Notes: a model not told the origin generated them from the sequence alone. Positions 12,809-25,705 are shown, counted from the first letter of the stretch. The stretch: 64,000 nt of DNA from Squalus acanthias (GCA_030390025.1 CM059433.1:4092001-4156000); one strand, 5' to 3'. Numbers and translations: made by a program.

Positions 12809-13496
12809 CTGGAACTCTTCGAAATAACCTGTAACATTCCTTGGGGGCAAAATTCGGTTGCTTTGCGCCTCCTGTTAACAGGGTGCAAAGCAACTAGCAC
12901 CCGGGCCCGGCACCGCTGACGCCTCCCGTGAAATTCAGCGGGAGGTTAGTGGCGGCGGTAGCCGGTAGTGCCCTGCGGCGCTGCGCCTCCGTCAATGACG
13001 TCATCGCCGTGTGCAGCGCCCCGGCCGCAAACTTGGGTCGCACCCCCTGACCTACCGCCGGACGCTATGTCCGACAGGGTCAGGGGGGCGTACGTGCGGC
13101 CGGGGCAGCGATATTTAAAGGGCAGGTGCCGGGCGGCCATTTTATTTGCTTGAGTTCTCAGAGACAAGCTCATCGAGGAGCGCCTCAACTAAATCAGACC
13201 AGCCATTCGACATTCTCCAACAGTCCCACAATCCTTACCACTCTTCTTACAACCACCATCCGATTGCCTTCCTTCACTTCAAACCTATTGGTCTTGCCCT
13301 CACTTCACTACAAAGGCAATTACCAACATCAAATCCATAATAAAAAACAAATTTACCAAACAAATTATGTCAGCATTAACAAAAAAAATGAACAATCACA
13401 ATGCGCAAGCCTTTAGTGCCTGTGTTGTGTGCTCATTTACCTTTCCTGGTGCTCCTATGAGGTGCTTCCCCATTGGCTGCAGCGTAGGTGGTGGAA

Positions 13497-13786
13497 GAAC
13501 ACATAAGAACATAAGAACATAAGACGTAGGAGCAGGAGTCGGTCATTCGGCCCCTCGAGCCTGCTCCGCCATTCAATAAGATCATAGCTGATCTGGTCTT
13601 GGCCTCAACTCCACTTCCCTGCCCGCTCCCCATAACCCTTGACTTCCTTATTGTTCAAAAATCTGTCCATCTCCACCTTGAATATATTCAATGACTCAGC
13701 CTCCACAGCTCTCTGAGGTAGAGAATTCCAAAGATTCACGACCCTCTGAGAGAAGAAATTCCTCCTCATTTCCGATTTAAAAGGGT
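13497..13786 (-). mobile_element. CR1 3' end with (AAGAACAT)n tail
   Basis: RRNFFSQRVVNLWNSLP...KGYGERAGKWS; inserted in the Harbinger element. Confidence 0.9.
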
Positions 13787-14980
13787 GCTGAGCTTCCATT
13801 GAGGACCCTTCAGGTGGCCTGGGAGGACAACCTCAAGCAGCTCTGGGCCTAGAGGGCCCAGCTGCATATGGCAGCATCTCGGTCTGGGCTGCAGCAGTCT
13901 GGCCTGGCTGGCTGACAGGCAACAGCAAGTGCACTGGCGGAGAGTCTGGCGGGGGGGGGGGGGGTGGTGTGCAGGTATGCTATCATCCTGAGAGGGGACA
14001 GTGGGTACCTCTCCCATGGAGCCAAATCCACTCTCCTGGGGCGGCACTCTGAGGACGCTGCGTGGAAACAGATTGCAAGAGTGATGTGATGCCCTGGAAG
14101 CCCCTTTCAACAGTGGCCCCCAAAGCAAAGGTGGCAGCCGTCTGAGATGACATGGCATCTTCAGGAATGCTGCACTCCTCTTGCTCCACTGGATGAAGTG
14201 AACTGACATTCTTGGCAGCTGAAACGAAAGAAAGGAACAAGGGTTAGCTTGTGGTGTGAGGCAGAGCAGAGAGACAAGTGGGTGTTGAAAGTATGTGCAG
14301 CTTGTTGTGCAGTGTGAGTGGGGTGAGGGAGAATTCAGAAGAGACAAAGAGGAATAGGTATAAAGAAACCCTGCTCCTCCGGCCTCGCCAGCGGCCACGG
14401 CCTCCTCTCTTCCCCTTCCCATTATAGCCAGGATGTTAGAATGGGAAAGGGGGTGTGCAGGCGGGCTCTTCCTCCTCCGGTGGCAGCCTGTTGCCTTGTA
14501 TTGTGTGTGTGTGTGACCTTCTCCTGGAAGAAAGAGTGAAGTGTGTTAGTGAGAGTCTTGTGAGGAGTTTGGCGAATGGTGAAATAGCTGACAGTCTGTG
14601 TGAGACGTGAGGGTGTGAGCATGAGGAGAAGGAGGTTTAGGGAAGTGCACTGCAGTGATTGTAGGACAGTGCAGCGTAGTGGGGGAGGGCAGTGTTGAGA
14701 GTGCATTCAGTTGTGTAATTGATGAGGCTGTGAGTGGTACATGCTGTGTTCGGAAAATATTTTAGTAGTCTTCTTACCTTAACAACTCTAGTTAAATCAT
14801 TGATTTTTTTCCAGTATTGCAGCCATGTTCTTGAAGCAATGCTCCTGGCATTAACATACTCAGCAACTCTTCCCACTGCCTCCTGAGTAGCTGCCTGGAG
14901 GGCTTCCCGCCCCCTGGGCAGAAAACAGTGCCCCTCCTCTTCTTCACTGCCCGCACCAAGGCCTCCAGTGCAACGTTGGA

Positions 14981-15193
14981 GAACATAAGAAATAGGAGCA
15001 GGAATAGGCCACTTGGCCCCTCGAGCCTGCTCCGCCATTCAGTAAGATCATGGCTGATCTTGGGCTCAAAGCCACTTCCCTGCCCGCTCCCCATAACCCT
15101 TCACTCCCTTAGCTTGCAAAAATCTGTCTATCTCCACCTTAAATGTATTGAATGACCCAGCCTCCACGGCTCTCTGGGGCAGAGAATTCCACA
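14981..15193 (-). mobile_element. CR1 3' end
   Basis: Same 3' UTR as the copies at 4100-4224 and 13497-13786. Confidence 0.85.
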
Positions 15194-15507
15194 AACTATC
15201 AGAAACTTGTGGAACTTTGGTGCTCGCCCGCTCCCTCCTTCAGCCATTTCTTAATCAAGCTGTTACACAGACTTTGCAGCCAGAGTACATCTCCCCTTTA
15301 AGTGGCGTGCTGCCTGCGTGGATAGTAACTGACGCGGGTAGTCGGTGCCCCGCACGCACGTTTTCGGGCGCGATCTGATATATAGGCCTATCATTTTCTC
15401 GTAACATATTGTTCATGGGCTGCGCAGCGTGACCGTTTCTGATAGTTTATTTTTGGTAAACCATCAGTCACTGACCTATAACCTCCGTGTGCCCCTATTT
15501 CTTTTAG

Positions 15508-15597
15508 ATCTGCATTTGAAAAGCAAAAATTCTGTGACATTTCGCTTGAGCGCAGTGTTCAAGGGAACGCAGATATATTGCCCTTGCTGCTTCACAA
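15508..15597 (+). CDS. Candidate 90-nt host exon (xSAFEKQKFCDISLERSVQGNADILPLLLHx)
   Basis: CACTGAC branch point, cctatttcttttag acceptor, AA|gtgagt donor; length divisible by 3 and open; protein not recognised. Confidence 0.4.
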
Positions 15598-16599
15598 GTG
15601 AGTCATGCAGTCTCTCATTCTTTTTTTTTTACCATTTTGTTTGTGGAGACAGCTTGGCTTAAATGACGGCTACTTCACCAGGGAGAGACATTCTGCCAGT
15701 AAACGCATTGATTTGTGGGACTTGATACAGGATTTGTGGAGAATTAAAAATAAAACAGAAGCAGCTAAAGGCTGAATGTATATTTAGCGCACAGAGAAAT
15801 CTCTTTGCAGGCTTGAATGAATGAAAAGATTGGCTGGCTTTACAGACGATTCACTGTCAGTAGAAAAATGAATGCATTTTGTAACTGAACTAAAAATCAT
15901 TAAGGAGAGTTACAGCATAATCCTTTGGAGACTTAGACGGAATGTATTTTCTTACAGTAATCTTTACCTTGCTGTGGTGATCACAACAAATGCTGGAGAC
16001 TAGCCTTTGAATGGGGAGCTGCCATTGACAAAAGCTTGAAAGCTAAGAATTCAGATTTGCAAATAGTGCCCTTTTTTTATTGGCAGATCATAAAGGAGTC
16101 CTGGATGGTTTTTTTTAATGTCTGAAGAAGCTGTGTAGCAATTTCAAAAGTGTGGCTTGATTCATATTTACAAAGAGTCCTTATCAGAGCTACAAAATAA
16201 TAAAGGAGCATTTTGGGATTCTAAACAAGTCTCTCTTTCTGCATGAGAATGTGGCTAGATGGCAGTATAAATCATTATGTCGTGGGAGCCAACCATGGAG
16301 AATATTTTAGTTGTGTGGTGTTTTATTAAACCCTGTTAATGCAAACAACAGTCATTACACTGAGCCTCGCTGTGCTTTCACTCTAGGAACAGCTATTCAC
16401 TTGACGATTAGGAAAATAATTAAAGGGGCATTGTCTTTATGAAAAAAATGTTTATAAAACACCTTTTGTTTAATTTGGGAAGGCAGTGTAGTCAAGGAAA
16501 CTGTGCATAATTTTCATTACTGTGACTTCACTCACAAGAGATGCAATAAGGGAGACACTCAATCGCTGGAGGCCGATCCCTCGTGTTAGAGATCTGAGT

Positions 16600-16820
16600 C
16601 ATGAGGAGAGGTGGTGCAGGACAGACCCAGGGATGGTGATGGAGGAGTCCAGGATGTCGGCTGACAGCTATGATTCTGTGAGTATGACTATGTCAGGCTG
16701 TTGCTTGACTAGACTGTGGAACAGTTCCCTTCACTTTGGCACCAGTCCCCAGGTATTAGTGAGGAGGACTTTGCAGAGTTGTTTACGCTGGGCGTGCCCT
16801 TGCCGTGTCCTTATTTGATG
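16600..16820 (-). mobile_element. Degenerate LINE AP-endonuclease N-terminal fragment
   Basis: Minus translation NTWGLVPK*RELFHSLVKQQPDIVILTES*LSADILDSSITIPG. Confidence 0.7.
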
Positions 16821-17137
16821 CTAATGGAGTAGCAAGGATTGGAGATACAATTAGAGTGTTTATGAAACCAAGCCTAAAACTCTGATCCTGATAGTAAAGT
16901 CTATCTGAAGCATTAGTGAAAGTAGATACCTCCATCACACTGCTAGAAATCAGAGTATACCTTTCAATCCATAGTCAGGAAGTGGATGCAGCTACCCTCT
17001 CTTCTACCTCCCACCACCCCCACCACCACCCGCCCCCCCCCCGCCCCCCCGCAACCAGTCCCCGCCCATGAGATCAGATTACAGCTGGTACAAGAAATAA
17101 AGGACCTATACTGGTATCTCAGACCATTATGTCTTTA

Positions 17138-17722
17138 ATGAGAAGTCTCACAACACCAGGTTATAGTCCAACAGTTTTATTTGAAATCACGAGCTTTCGG
17201 AGCGGCTGCTCCTTCGTCAGGTAAAGTGAAGGAATACAAATCAGCAAAGCATATATAGACAGAGAACAATGCCTGTGTAGCGTACAATGTCAGACGACTA
17301 CAGTAAATCTTTCTGACTGCTCTCCATCACACCTCGGCAGAGAGACAATCAGGCCAGTCAGGAAGACATTACATCAAAGACACAGCAAAATACAGCTAAG
17401 ACAATGAGGTGGGGTCACAGGGGGTCCAACGTGTCAAATGCTGCAGTCTGTATGGTTAAGCTTTTTACTTTTTTTTAAACTGGAAATCACATCTGTGAAC
17501 AAGCCAACAACGACTCAAGTCTGGATGACTCTACGTCAGGTAGCGTGACATGAACCCAAGATCCCGGTTGAGGCCATCCTCATGGGTGCGGAACTTGGCT
17601 ATCAGTTTCTGCTCGATGATTTTGCGTTGTCGTGTGTCTCGAAAACTGTTGGACTATAACCTGGTGTTGTGAGACTTCTCATTTTTGTCCACCCCAGTCC
17701 AACACCGGCATCTCCGCATCAT
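17138..17722. mobile_element. Short inverted Penelope insertion (about 505-nt minus arm plus about 80-nt tailed plus arm)
   Basis: Homologous to the 3' ends of the other Penelope copies; TSD GACCA(T/C)TATGTCTTTA at 17122-17137 and 17723-17738. Confidence 0.9.
17187..17224 (-). ncRNA. Minimal hammerhead ribozyme
   Basis: UUAC-CUGACGA-A-GGAGC(AGCC)GCUCC-GAAA-GC-UC-GUGA. Confidence 0.75.
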
Positions 17723-18006
17723 GACCACTATGTCTTTAGCCCAGGAAAGCGGGCATGAAATAGACAAGATAATGAATGTGCTCACCACTATACAAATGTA
17801 CAACAGTGATGGGCAGGAAAAGACCATCTTGCCCCCTAAAGTCATGATGCCTGCAGTATTGTGATTAGACACCCCCTGCCCACCCCCTGCCCAGAGAGGC
17901 TAAAAAACAGATAAAAACCCATGGCCAATTAAGGGGGGGGGGGGAAATCCGGAATATTTCTTTTCAACTGGCTTAGCCGATCAAAAGTAATCCAGGAAAC
18001 CACATA

Positions 18007-18352
18007 ATTTTTTTAACCCGTTCATGGGATGTGGGCATCGCTGGCAAGGCCAGCATTTATTGCCCATCCCTAGTTGCCCTTGAGAAGGTGGTGGTGAGCC
18101 GCCTTCTTGAACCGCTGCAGTCCGTGTGGTGAAGGTGCTCCCACAGTGCTGTTAGGGAGGGAGCTCCAGGATTTTGACCCAGCGACGATGAAGGAACGGC
18201 GATATACTTCTAAGTCAGGATGGTGTGTGACTTGGAGGGGAACTTGGAGGTGGTGGTGTTCCCATGCGCCTGCTGCCCTTGTCCTTCTAGGTGGAAGAGG
18301 TCGTGGGTTTGGGAGGTGCTGCCGAAGGAGCCTTGGCGAGTTGCTGCAGTGC
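18007..18352 (-). mobile_element. LINE 3' end (same family as 2547-3442)
   Basis: Near-identical to 2560-2897. Confidence 0.9.
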
Positions 18353-18611
18353 GTTGACCATGGTTATGTTATCTGGTATTTCACCAACCTTGTATAAGAC
18401 GTGATTTCCGCCCCAGCCAGCCGCTCTCTTTTGAAGGATTGCAGAGTGTCAGCACTCACTGCACAAGCTGGCAACTTGTTCCTTAGGTTTACAATCCTAC
18501 GGGAAAAGAAGAATGGGCTAAATTCTAAGCTAGCCCTGCCCTTGTGTAATTTATACGCATGATCCCTGGTTTTCCTCATCTATCAAATTGAAATAATCTA
18601 TCAGAAGGAAC

Positions 18612-18750
18612 ACAGTTCTGACAAAAGGTAATTTCTGAAACGTTGACTCTGTTTCTCTCTCCACAGATGCTGCCTGACCTGCTGAGTGCTTCCAGCATTT
18701 TCTGTTTTTCTTTCCGATTTTCAGCGTCTGCAGTTCGCTGCTTTTGCCTT
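18612..18750 (+). mobile_element. Probable pLTR remnant of a second Penelope family with a decayed hammerhead-like motif
   Basis: GTT-CTGACAA...GAAACGTT-GAC followed by CAGATGCTGCCTGACCTGCTGAG...CCAGCATTTTCTG; recognised from memory of fish Penelope ends. Confidence 0.5.
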
Positions 18751-19358
18751 ACTGTGACAGTGACCCTTTTAAAGTAGCAAAATGTTCTGGACATTTGAAC
18801 TGGCTCTTCCATAAGTTATTAAAAGAAATTTCTAATTTTAACCTCAATAAAATGTTTTAAATTTCTACAGGGTTTACTTTTCAGGATGAGTCATAGTATG
18901 TATATAGGTCATGAAACACTCACAGATACGTACACAGTAGCCCCAAGGTAGTTGAATAGCACTACACAGGCAGCAAGGCAGAGTTTTAAAATTTGTTTTC
19001 AGGATGTGGGTGATATTGGCAAGTCCACATTTATCGCGTGCCCATGTTTGCCTTTGAAAAGGTGGTGGTGGACCTTCTTATTTCATTGCGGCTTTTGAAC
19101 AACTCAGTGGATTGCTCGAGGGCTTCTTCAGAGGGCATTAAGAGCCAACCACATAGTGTGGACTGGAGCCACACAGAGGCCACGCCAGATAGAAGTGGTA
19201 AGTGCCTTTCCTGAAAGATACCAATGAACTAGTTGGGTTTTGATTAAAAAAAAATCCAACAGCTTTTTGTGGTTATACTTTCCCTGGTGCCAGCTCGCAA
19301 ATTACCAGATTTACTGAAATTAGTTTCACAACTTGCCACGGTCATGATTTGAGCACAT

Positions 19359-20389
19359 TGGGTGTGCGGCGATTATCACCGAGACCGTGTGTGAAGTGGC
19401 TGTGCCACCTGCCCAAGGCCGATATGGAAAGCAATTTTCTGTTCGGGCCGTCATTTGACTGCCGCCGGTGAGCTGTGGGCAGCAAATGACCGTCTCGCCA
19501 CAGCTGGCCAGTTCCGGGAGGGCGGGAAATCGGCCAACTTCTACACTGATCCAGTCGGCAAGTCGGGTCTTGGGTGGGAGTGGAGGCGGAGGCGATCAGG
19601 GGGAGGCCTTGAATGGGCGTGCAGTGAACCAGAGCTTTCTCGTGGACTCGGGAGGAGCAGGAGTGCCATCTTTAGGCCCTTTTCTGAGTGGCCCCAGCAG
19701 TCCATTTAAGGACCATCGGTTAGGCCGCTGCAATGTCTGGTCCAAATGGGCACTGTATGGGTGGCGCTCACCCCACCCATTTGTACCTAAAAATTGTAAT
19801 CGGGGGCCTACAATTGGTGTAGAACTCCGATTCTCACATATAAGCACCTTCAGGGTGTGGTGAGGATTTCTGCACTTTGAGCACAGTTTTCCCAAATTGC
19901 ACCAGGCTCTGGGCATCAACGGGGCCGCCATTGGCCCCCCACCTGACAAAGGGCCGCCATTGGTACCCCACCTGACAACGGGGCCACCATTGGCCCCCCA
20001 CCTGACAACGGGGCCGCCATTGGCCCCCCACCTGACAACGAGGCCCCCCACCTGACAACGGGGCCGCCATTGGCCCCCCACCTGACAATGGAGCCTCCAT
20101 TGGTCCCCCACCTGACAATGGAGCCGCCATTGGTCCCCCACCTGACAACGGGCCGCCATTGGTCCCCCACCTGACGACGGGGCCGCCATTGGTCCCCCAC
20201 CTGACAACGGGGCCGCCATTGGTCCCCCACCTGACAACGGGGCCGCCATTGGCCCCCCACCTGACAATGGAGCCACCATTGGTCCCCCACCTGACAACGG
20301 GGCCGCCTTTGGCCCCCCACCTGATCTTCAACTGCCAACTGTCTGCTTTTCAGTTGAGAAATGGGTGGCCAGCAGTTGGAAACTGCCCC
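19359..20389. mobile_element. Harbinger-type MITE carrying a 30-bp minisatellite
   Basis: 3-bp CAT TSD (19356-58 and 20390-92) inside an older repeat; right end GAAACTGCCCC; left end degraded. Confidence 0.55.
19917..20324. repeat. 30-bp tandem repeat (GGGGCCGCCATTGGYCCCCCACCTGACAAC), about 13 copies
   Basis: Direct inspection. Confidence 0.95.
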
Positions 20390-20537
20390 CATGATCTTTG
20401 GATTACTCGTTCATTACTATGACTACTGCTCTCTCTCTCACGATGCTGTGGGTTGGAACTCGTGCCTCTTCGCATGACCTGGATAACGTGACGTGAGCTC
20501 ATCATCTAATCTCGCGAAGGAAATGTTCATTTTTCAG

Positions 20538-20595
20538 GATGCACCGAGTATTGGTTGTGAAGAAATTACCGCCGAATGTTGCTTTTGTCTGTTGA
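20538..20595 (+). CDS. Speculative terminal coding exon (xMHRVLVVKKLPPNVAFVC*)
   Basis: CTAAT branch-like site and ttcatttttcag acceptor; phase matches the 15508-15597 candidate; AATAAA at about 20749. Confidence 0.25.
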
Positions 20596-21524
20596 CTACC
20601 GATTCTCTTTTATTAAATTGCTATAACTCTCAAATTGACTTGCATCTAGTTTATTTGCAAAGTGGCAGACGGTTGTGAAGCATTCGTGTCTATAAACAAA
20701 TTTATAAGAGGAAGATCGAGTATTGCCGTGCTGAGGAAGTTTCATTACAATAAAGGGTTGTGTCAGCGTTAGGATTCAGGCATTGATTCAGGATCTGAAC
20801 TTTGTAAATTGGGTTTTAACAAAAGATCTGGTTTGAATTTTAAAAGGATGATGTTCAATCAGCGATGTATTTAAACCTACAAACCCTTGCATTTAATCCC
20901 ATGACTCTGCATAATTGCATTTCAGCTGTGTTTCCATGATCACATCTGTGTGTTAAAAATGTTTGTAACAAAATCATTCTCCTCTAATGAGCCATGAATT
21001 TTAGTTTCCTTTTACACCCACCATCATCTAAATATTTTTCAGAGCAGTGTAACGTGCATCAATTACCTTCTGTTGATTATTGGCAGGAAGTTTGTCAAAA
21101 GCTATTTCAACAGTTAAACACATTAAACTCCTTTTTGATATGTGTATGGGTTTATATGCATGGAGTTAGGAAGATACAGTACAAAAAACAATAACACTCA
21201 TCAAGCAGATTATTTGGTTGTTGCCATACAATTATGTAAAATTTGATGGCTCAATTTATCCATCAGGTCTAAGTTTCTAACTGATTTTAAGAAATTTAGC
21301 CCGTACAATGGTGTCAGGACATTGATGACCAACGGACGATACTCATTCCTTTTCTCAAAACTTCTTCAACTATTTTTAAACGACAGCATGCTATTCTAAA
21401 TTATTCTGCCCTAACTGGATTTATTTTTCCCTTGCCAATTTTCTCCCCTCCCTCTCCTGAAGGTAAAACTCCACACCCATGCCTTCTGGTGCCTTGTTTA
21501 TATGACCATTATATAGGGATGATT

Positions 21525-21790
21525 CATAGAATCATACAGCACAAAATGAGTCCATTTGGCCCATCGTGCCTGTGCCGGCTCTTTGAAAGAGCTCTCCAAT
21601 TAGTCCCACGCCCCCTGCTCTTTCCCCACAGCCCTGCAATTTTTTTCCTTTTCAAGTATTTATCCGATTCCCTTTTGAAAGTTATTGTTGAATCCGCTTC
21701 CATCGCCCTTTCAGGTAGTGCATTCCAGATCACAACAACTCGCTGAGTAAAGACATTTCGCCTGATCTTCCCCTTTGGTTTTTGGCCAAC
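21525..21790 (-). mobile_element. CR1 3' end
   Basis: IWNALPERAMEADSTITFKRE plus a (CATAGAAT)n tail. Confidence 0.85.
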
Positions 21791-21952
21791 TTCTTCTCTC
21801 TCAACTTCTTCAGTGCCACAAAGCTACATACAGCTTCCATTACCATGTGCCCAGTTTGACATTGACATAAATATAGGTTTGAAAGCCATGGATGCAGTGC
21901 AGCATCAACACAAAATACCTGGCCATCCAATAGCCCCTGCAGAAATTTACTA

Positions 21953-22540
21953 CGACAACAACAACAACTTGTATTTATATAGCGCCTTTAACGTAGTAAA
22001 ACGTCCCAAGGCGCTGCACAGGAGTATTTTAAGACAAAAAATTTGACACCGAGCCACATAAGGAGAAATTAGGGCAGGTGACCAAAAGCTTGGTCAAAGA
22101 GGTAGGTTTTAAGGAGCGTCTTAAAGGAGGAGAGAGAGGTAGCGAGGCGGAGAGGTTTAGGGAGGGAATTCCAGAGCTTAGGGCCCAGGCAACAGAAGGC
22201 ATGGCCGCCAAAGGTTGAGCGATTATAATCAGGGATGCTCAAGAGGGCAGAATTAGAGGAGCGCAGATATCTCAGGGGGGTTGTGGGGCTGGAGGAGATT
22301 ACAGAGATAGGAAGGGGCGAGGCCATGGAGGGATTTGAAAACAAGGATGAGAATTTTGAAATCGAGGCGTTGCTTAACCGGGAGCCAATGTAGGTCAGCG
22401 AGCACAGGGGTGATAGGTGAACAGGACTTGGTGCGAGTTAGGACACAGACAGCCGAGTTTGGATGACCTCAAGTTTACATAGGGTAGAATGTGGGAGGCC
22501 AGCCAGGAGTGCGTTGGAATAGAGGTAACAAAGGCATGGA
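21953..22540 (-). mobile_element. L2 LINE 3' end
   Basis: LRSSNSALLSIP...GGHAFCCLGPKLWNSLP...FKTLLKTYLFDQAF; (CAA)n tail. Confidence 0.9.
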
Positions 22541-22797
22541 TTATGAACGGGTTAAAATATGAGATGCAACTCACTGGGAAATGTGAGGGGCTCAGCTAAA
22601 AGCTGGCTGACCACTCGGTGTGACCTGGTGTCAAGGATCTTTGCCTGTCATTCAGATCCCTAGGGGGAGGCACCTGACAAATTATAGCTTTAGCTATTCA
22701 GTGGAAACGAGGTTTAGAACATAGAACATAGAACAGTACAGCACAGTACAGGCCCTTCGGCCCTCGATGTTGTGCCGAGCATTGTCCGAAACCAAGA

Positions 22798-25705
22798 TCA
22801 AGCTATCCCACTCCCTATCATTCTGGTGTGCTCCATGTGCTTATCCAATAACCGCTTGAAAGTTCCTAAAGTGTCCGACTCCACTATCACAGCAGGCAGT
22901 CCATTCCACACACCAACCACTCTCTGAGTAAAGAATCTACCTCGGACATCCCTTCTATATCTCCCCCCATGCACCTTATAGTTATGCCCCCTTGTAACAG
23001 CTACCTCCACCCGAGGAAATAGTCTCTGAACATCCACTCTATCTATCCCCCTCATCATCTTATAAACCTCTATTAAGTCACCTCTCATCCTCCTCCGCTC
23101 TAAAGAGAAAAGCCCTAACTCCCTCAATCTTTCCTCATAAGACCTCCCCCCCCAAACCAGGCAGCATCCTGGTAAATCTCCTTTGCACTCTTTCCAATGC
23201 TTCCACGTCCTTCCTATAGTGAGGTGACCAGAACTGCACACAATATTCCAAATGTGGTCTCACCAAGGTCCTGTACAGTTGTAGCATAACCTCACGGTTC
23301 TTAAACTCAAACCCCTTGTTAATAAACGCTAACACACTATAGGCCTTCTTTACTGCTCTATCCACTTGAGTGGCAACCTTCAGAGATCTGTGGATATGAA
23401 CCCCCAGATCCCTCTGTTCCTCCACGTTCCTCAGAACCCTGCCGTTGACCCTGTAATCCTTATTCAAATTTGCCCTACCAAAATGAATCACCTCGCACTT
23501 ATCAGGGTTAAATTCCATCTGCCATTTTTCGGCCCAGCTCTGCATCCTATCAATGTCTCTTTGCAGCTTACAACAGCCCTCCACCTCATCCACTACTCCA
23601 CCAATCTTGGTGTCATCAGCAAATTTACTGATCCACCCTTCAGTCCCCTCCTCCAAGTCATTGATAAAAATCACAAACAGCAGAGGACCCAGCACCGACC
23701 CCTGTGGCACACCGCTGGTAACTGGTCTCCAGTCCGAAAATTTTCCATCCACCACCACCCTCTGCCTTCTATGAGATAGCCAGTTACTTATCCAATCGGC
23801 CAAATTTCCCTCTATCGCACAACTCCTTACTTTCTTCATGAGCCGACCATGGGGAACCTTATCAAACGCCTTACTAAAATCCATGTATACGACATCAACT
23901 TCTCTACCTTCATCTACACACTTAGTTACCTCCTCAAAGAATTCAATCAAATTTGTTAGGCAAGACTTACCCTTCACGAATCCGTGTTGACTATCCCTGA
24001 TTAAGTTGCCTCTTTCCAAATGGTCATAAATCCTATCCCTCAGGACCTTTTCCATTATCTTACCAACCACCGAAGTAAGACTAACCGGCCTATAATTACC
24101 AGGGTCATTCCTATTTCCTTTCTTGAAGAGAGGAACAACATTCGCCACTCTCCAGTCCTCTGGCACCATCCCCGTGGACAGTGAGGACCCAAAGATCAAA
24201 GACAAAGGCTCTGCAATCTCCTCCCTTGCCTCCCAAAGAATCCTAGGATATATCCCATCTGGCCCAGGGGACTTATCGACCCTCAGGTTCTTCAAAATTG
24301 CTAAAACATCTTCCCTCAGAACATCTACCTCCTCCAGCCTATCCACCTTTATCACACTCTCATCCTCAAAAACATGGCCCCTCTCCTCGGTGAACACTGA
24401 CGAAAAGTATTCATTCATCACCTCTCCTATCTCTTCTGACTCCATGCACAAGTTCCCACTACTGTCCTTGACCGGCCCTACCCTCACCCTGGTCATTCTT
24501 TTATTTCTCACATAAGAGTAAAAAGCCTTGGGGTTTTTCTTGATCCGACCCACCAAGGACTTCTCATGCCCCCTCCTAGCTCTCCTAAGCTCTTTTTTTA
24601 GCTCATTCCTTGCTACCTTGTACCCCTCAATCGACCCAACTGAACCTTGTTTTCTCATCCTTACATACGCTTCCTTTTTCCTCTTGACTAGACATTCAAC
24701 CTCTTTTGTGAACCATGGTTCTCTCACTCGGCCATTTCCTCCCTGCCTGACAGGGACATACCTATCAAGGACACGCAGTAATTGCTCCATGAAAAAGCTC
24801 CACTTTTCGTTTGTGCCTTTCCCTGATAGTTTCTGTTCCCATCTTATGCTCCCTAATTCTTGCCTAATCGCATCATAATTACCCCTCCCCCAATTATAAA
24901 CCCTGCCCTGCCGTATGGCCCTATCCCTCTCCATTGCAATAGTGAAAGTCACCGAATTGTGGTCGCTATCTCCAAAGTGCTCTCCCACATACAAATCAAA
25001 CACTTGGCCCGGTTCATTACCCAGTACCAAATCCAATGTGGCCCCACCTCTTGTCAGCCTATCCACATATTGTGTCAGGAAACCCTCCTGCACACACTGT
25101 GCAAAAACTATCCAATCCGAACTGTTTGACCTATAATGGTTCCAATCAATATTTGGAAAGTTGAAGTCACCCATGACAACTACTCTGTGACCTCCACACC
25201 TATTCATAATCTGCTTTGCAATTTCTTCCTCCACATCTCTATTACTATTTGGGGGCCTGTAGAAAACTCCTAACAACGTGACCGCTCCTTTCCTATTTCT
25301 AACTTCAGCCCATATTACCTCAGACGGCAGATCCCCCTCGAACTGCCTTTCTGCCGCTGTTAAACTATCCTTGATTAACAATGCTACTCCTCCACCTTTC
25401 TTACCACCTTCCCTACTCTTACTGAAACATCTATACCCCGGAACTTCCAACAACCATTCCTGTCCCTGTTCTAACCATGTCTCTGTAATGGCCACCACAT
25501 CGTAGTCCCAAGTACCAATCCACGCTCCAAGTTCTCCTACCTTATTCCGGATGCTCTTTGCATTGAAGTAGACACACTTCAAGCCACCTTCCTGTCTGCC
25601 GGTACATTCCTGCGACCTTGATACCCTCGTCAGTACCTCCCTACACTCACCACTGGCTCCTGGACTACAGCCCTTTTTCCCATCCCCCTGACAAATTAGT
25701 TTAAA
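22798..25705 (-). CDS. CR1 ORF2 (AP endonuclease + reverse transcriptase), one frameshift in the C run at about 23145-23153
   Basis: YFNAKS, AITETW, MGDFN, SDHN, PGPDG, YRPVSLTS, DFSKAFD, GVPQGSVLGP, FADD; the C-terminus continues in ORF 22798-23241. Confidence 0.92.

Larger units (their letters stand above)
12843..15388. mobile_element. Internally deleted PIF/Harbinger element retaining a degenerate Myb/SANT-like gene (minus strand)
   Basis: The left end matches the MITE end at 30510-30808 (inverted). 13170-14000 is homologous to 37810-38330. Minus-strand peptides include ALEALVRAVKKRR, TWLQYWKKINDLTRVVK|gtaag, ATGGG and SQDDSIPA. Confidence 0.75.

Noticed and set aside
10951..12919. 600-aa Pro/His/Thr-rich and Gly/Val/Cys-rich ORFs (extensin- or keratin-associated-like)
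   Set aside because: Open in nearly all six frames only because the C/A repeat lacks stop codons; unit lengths are not multiples of 3.
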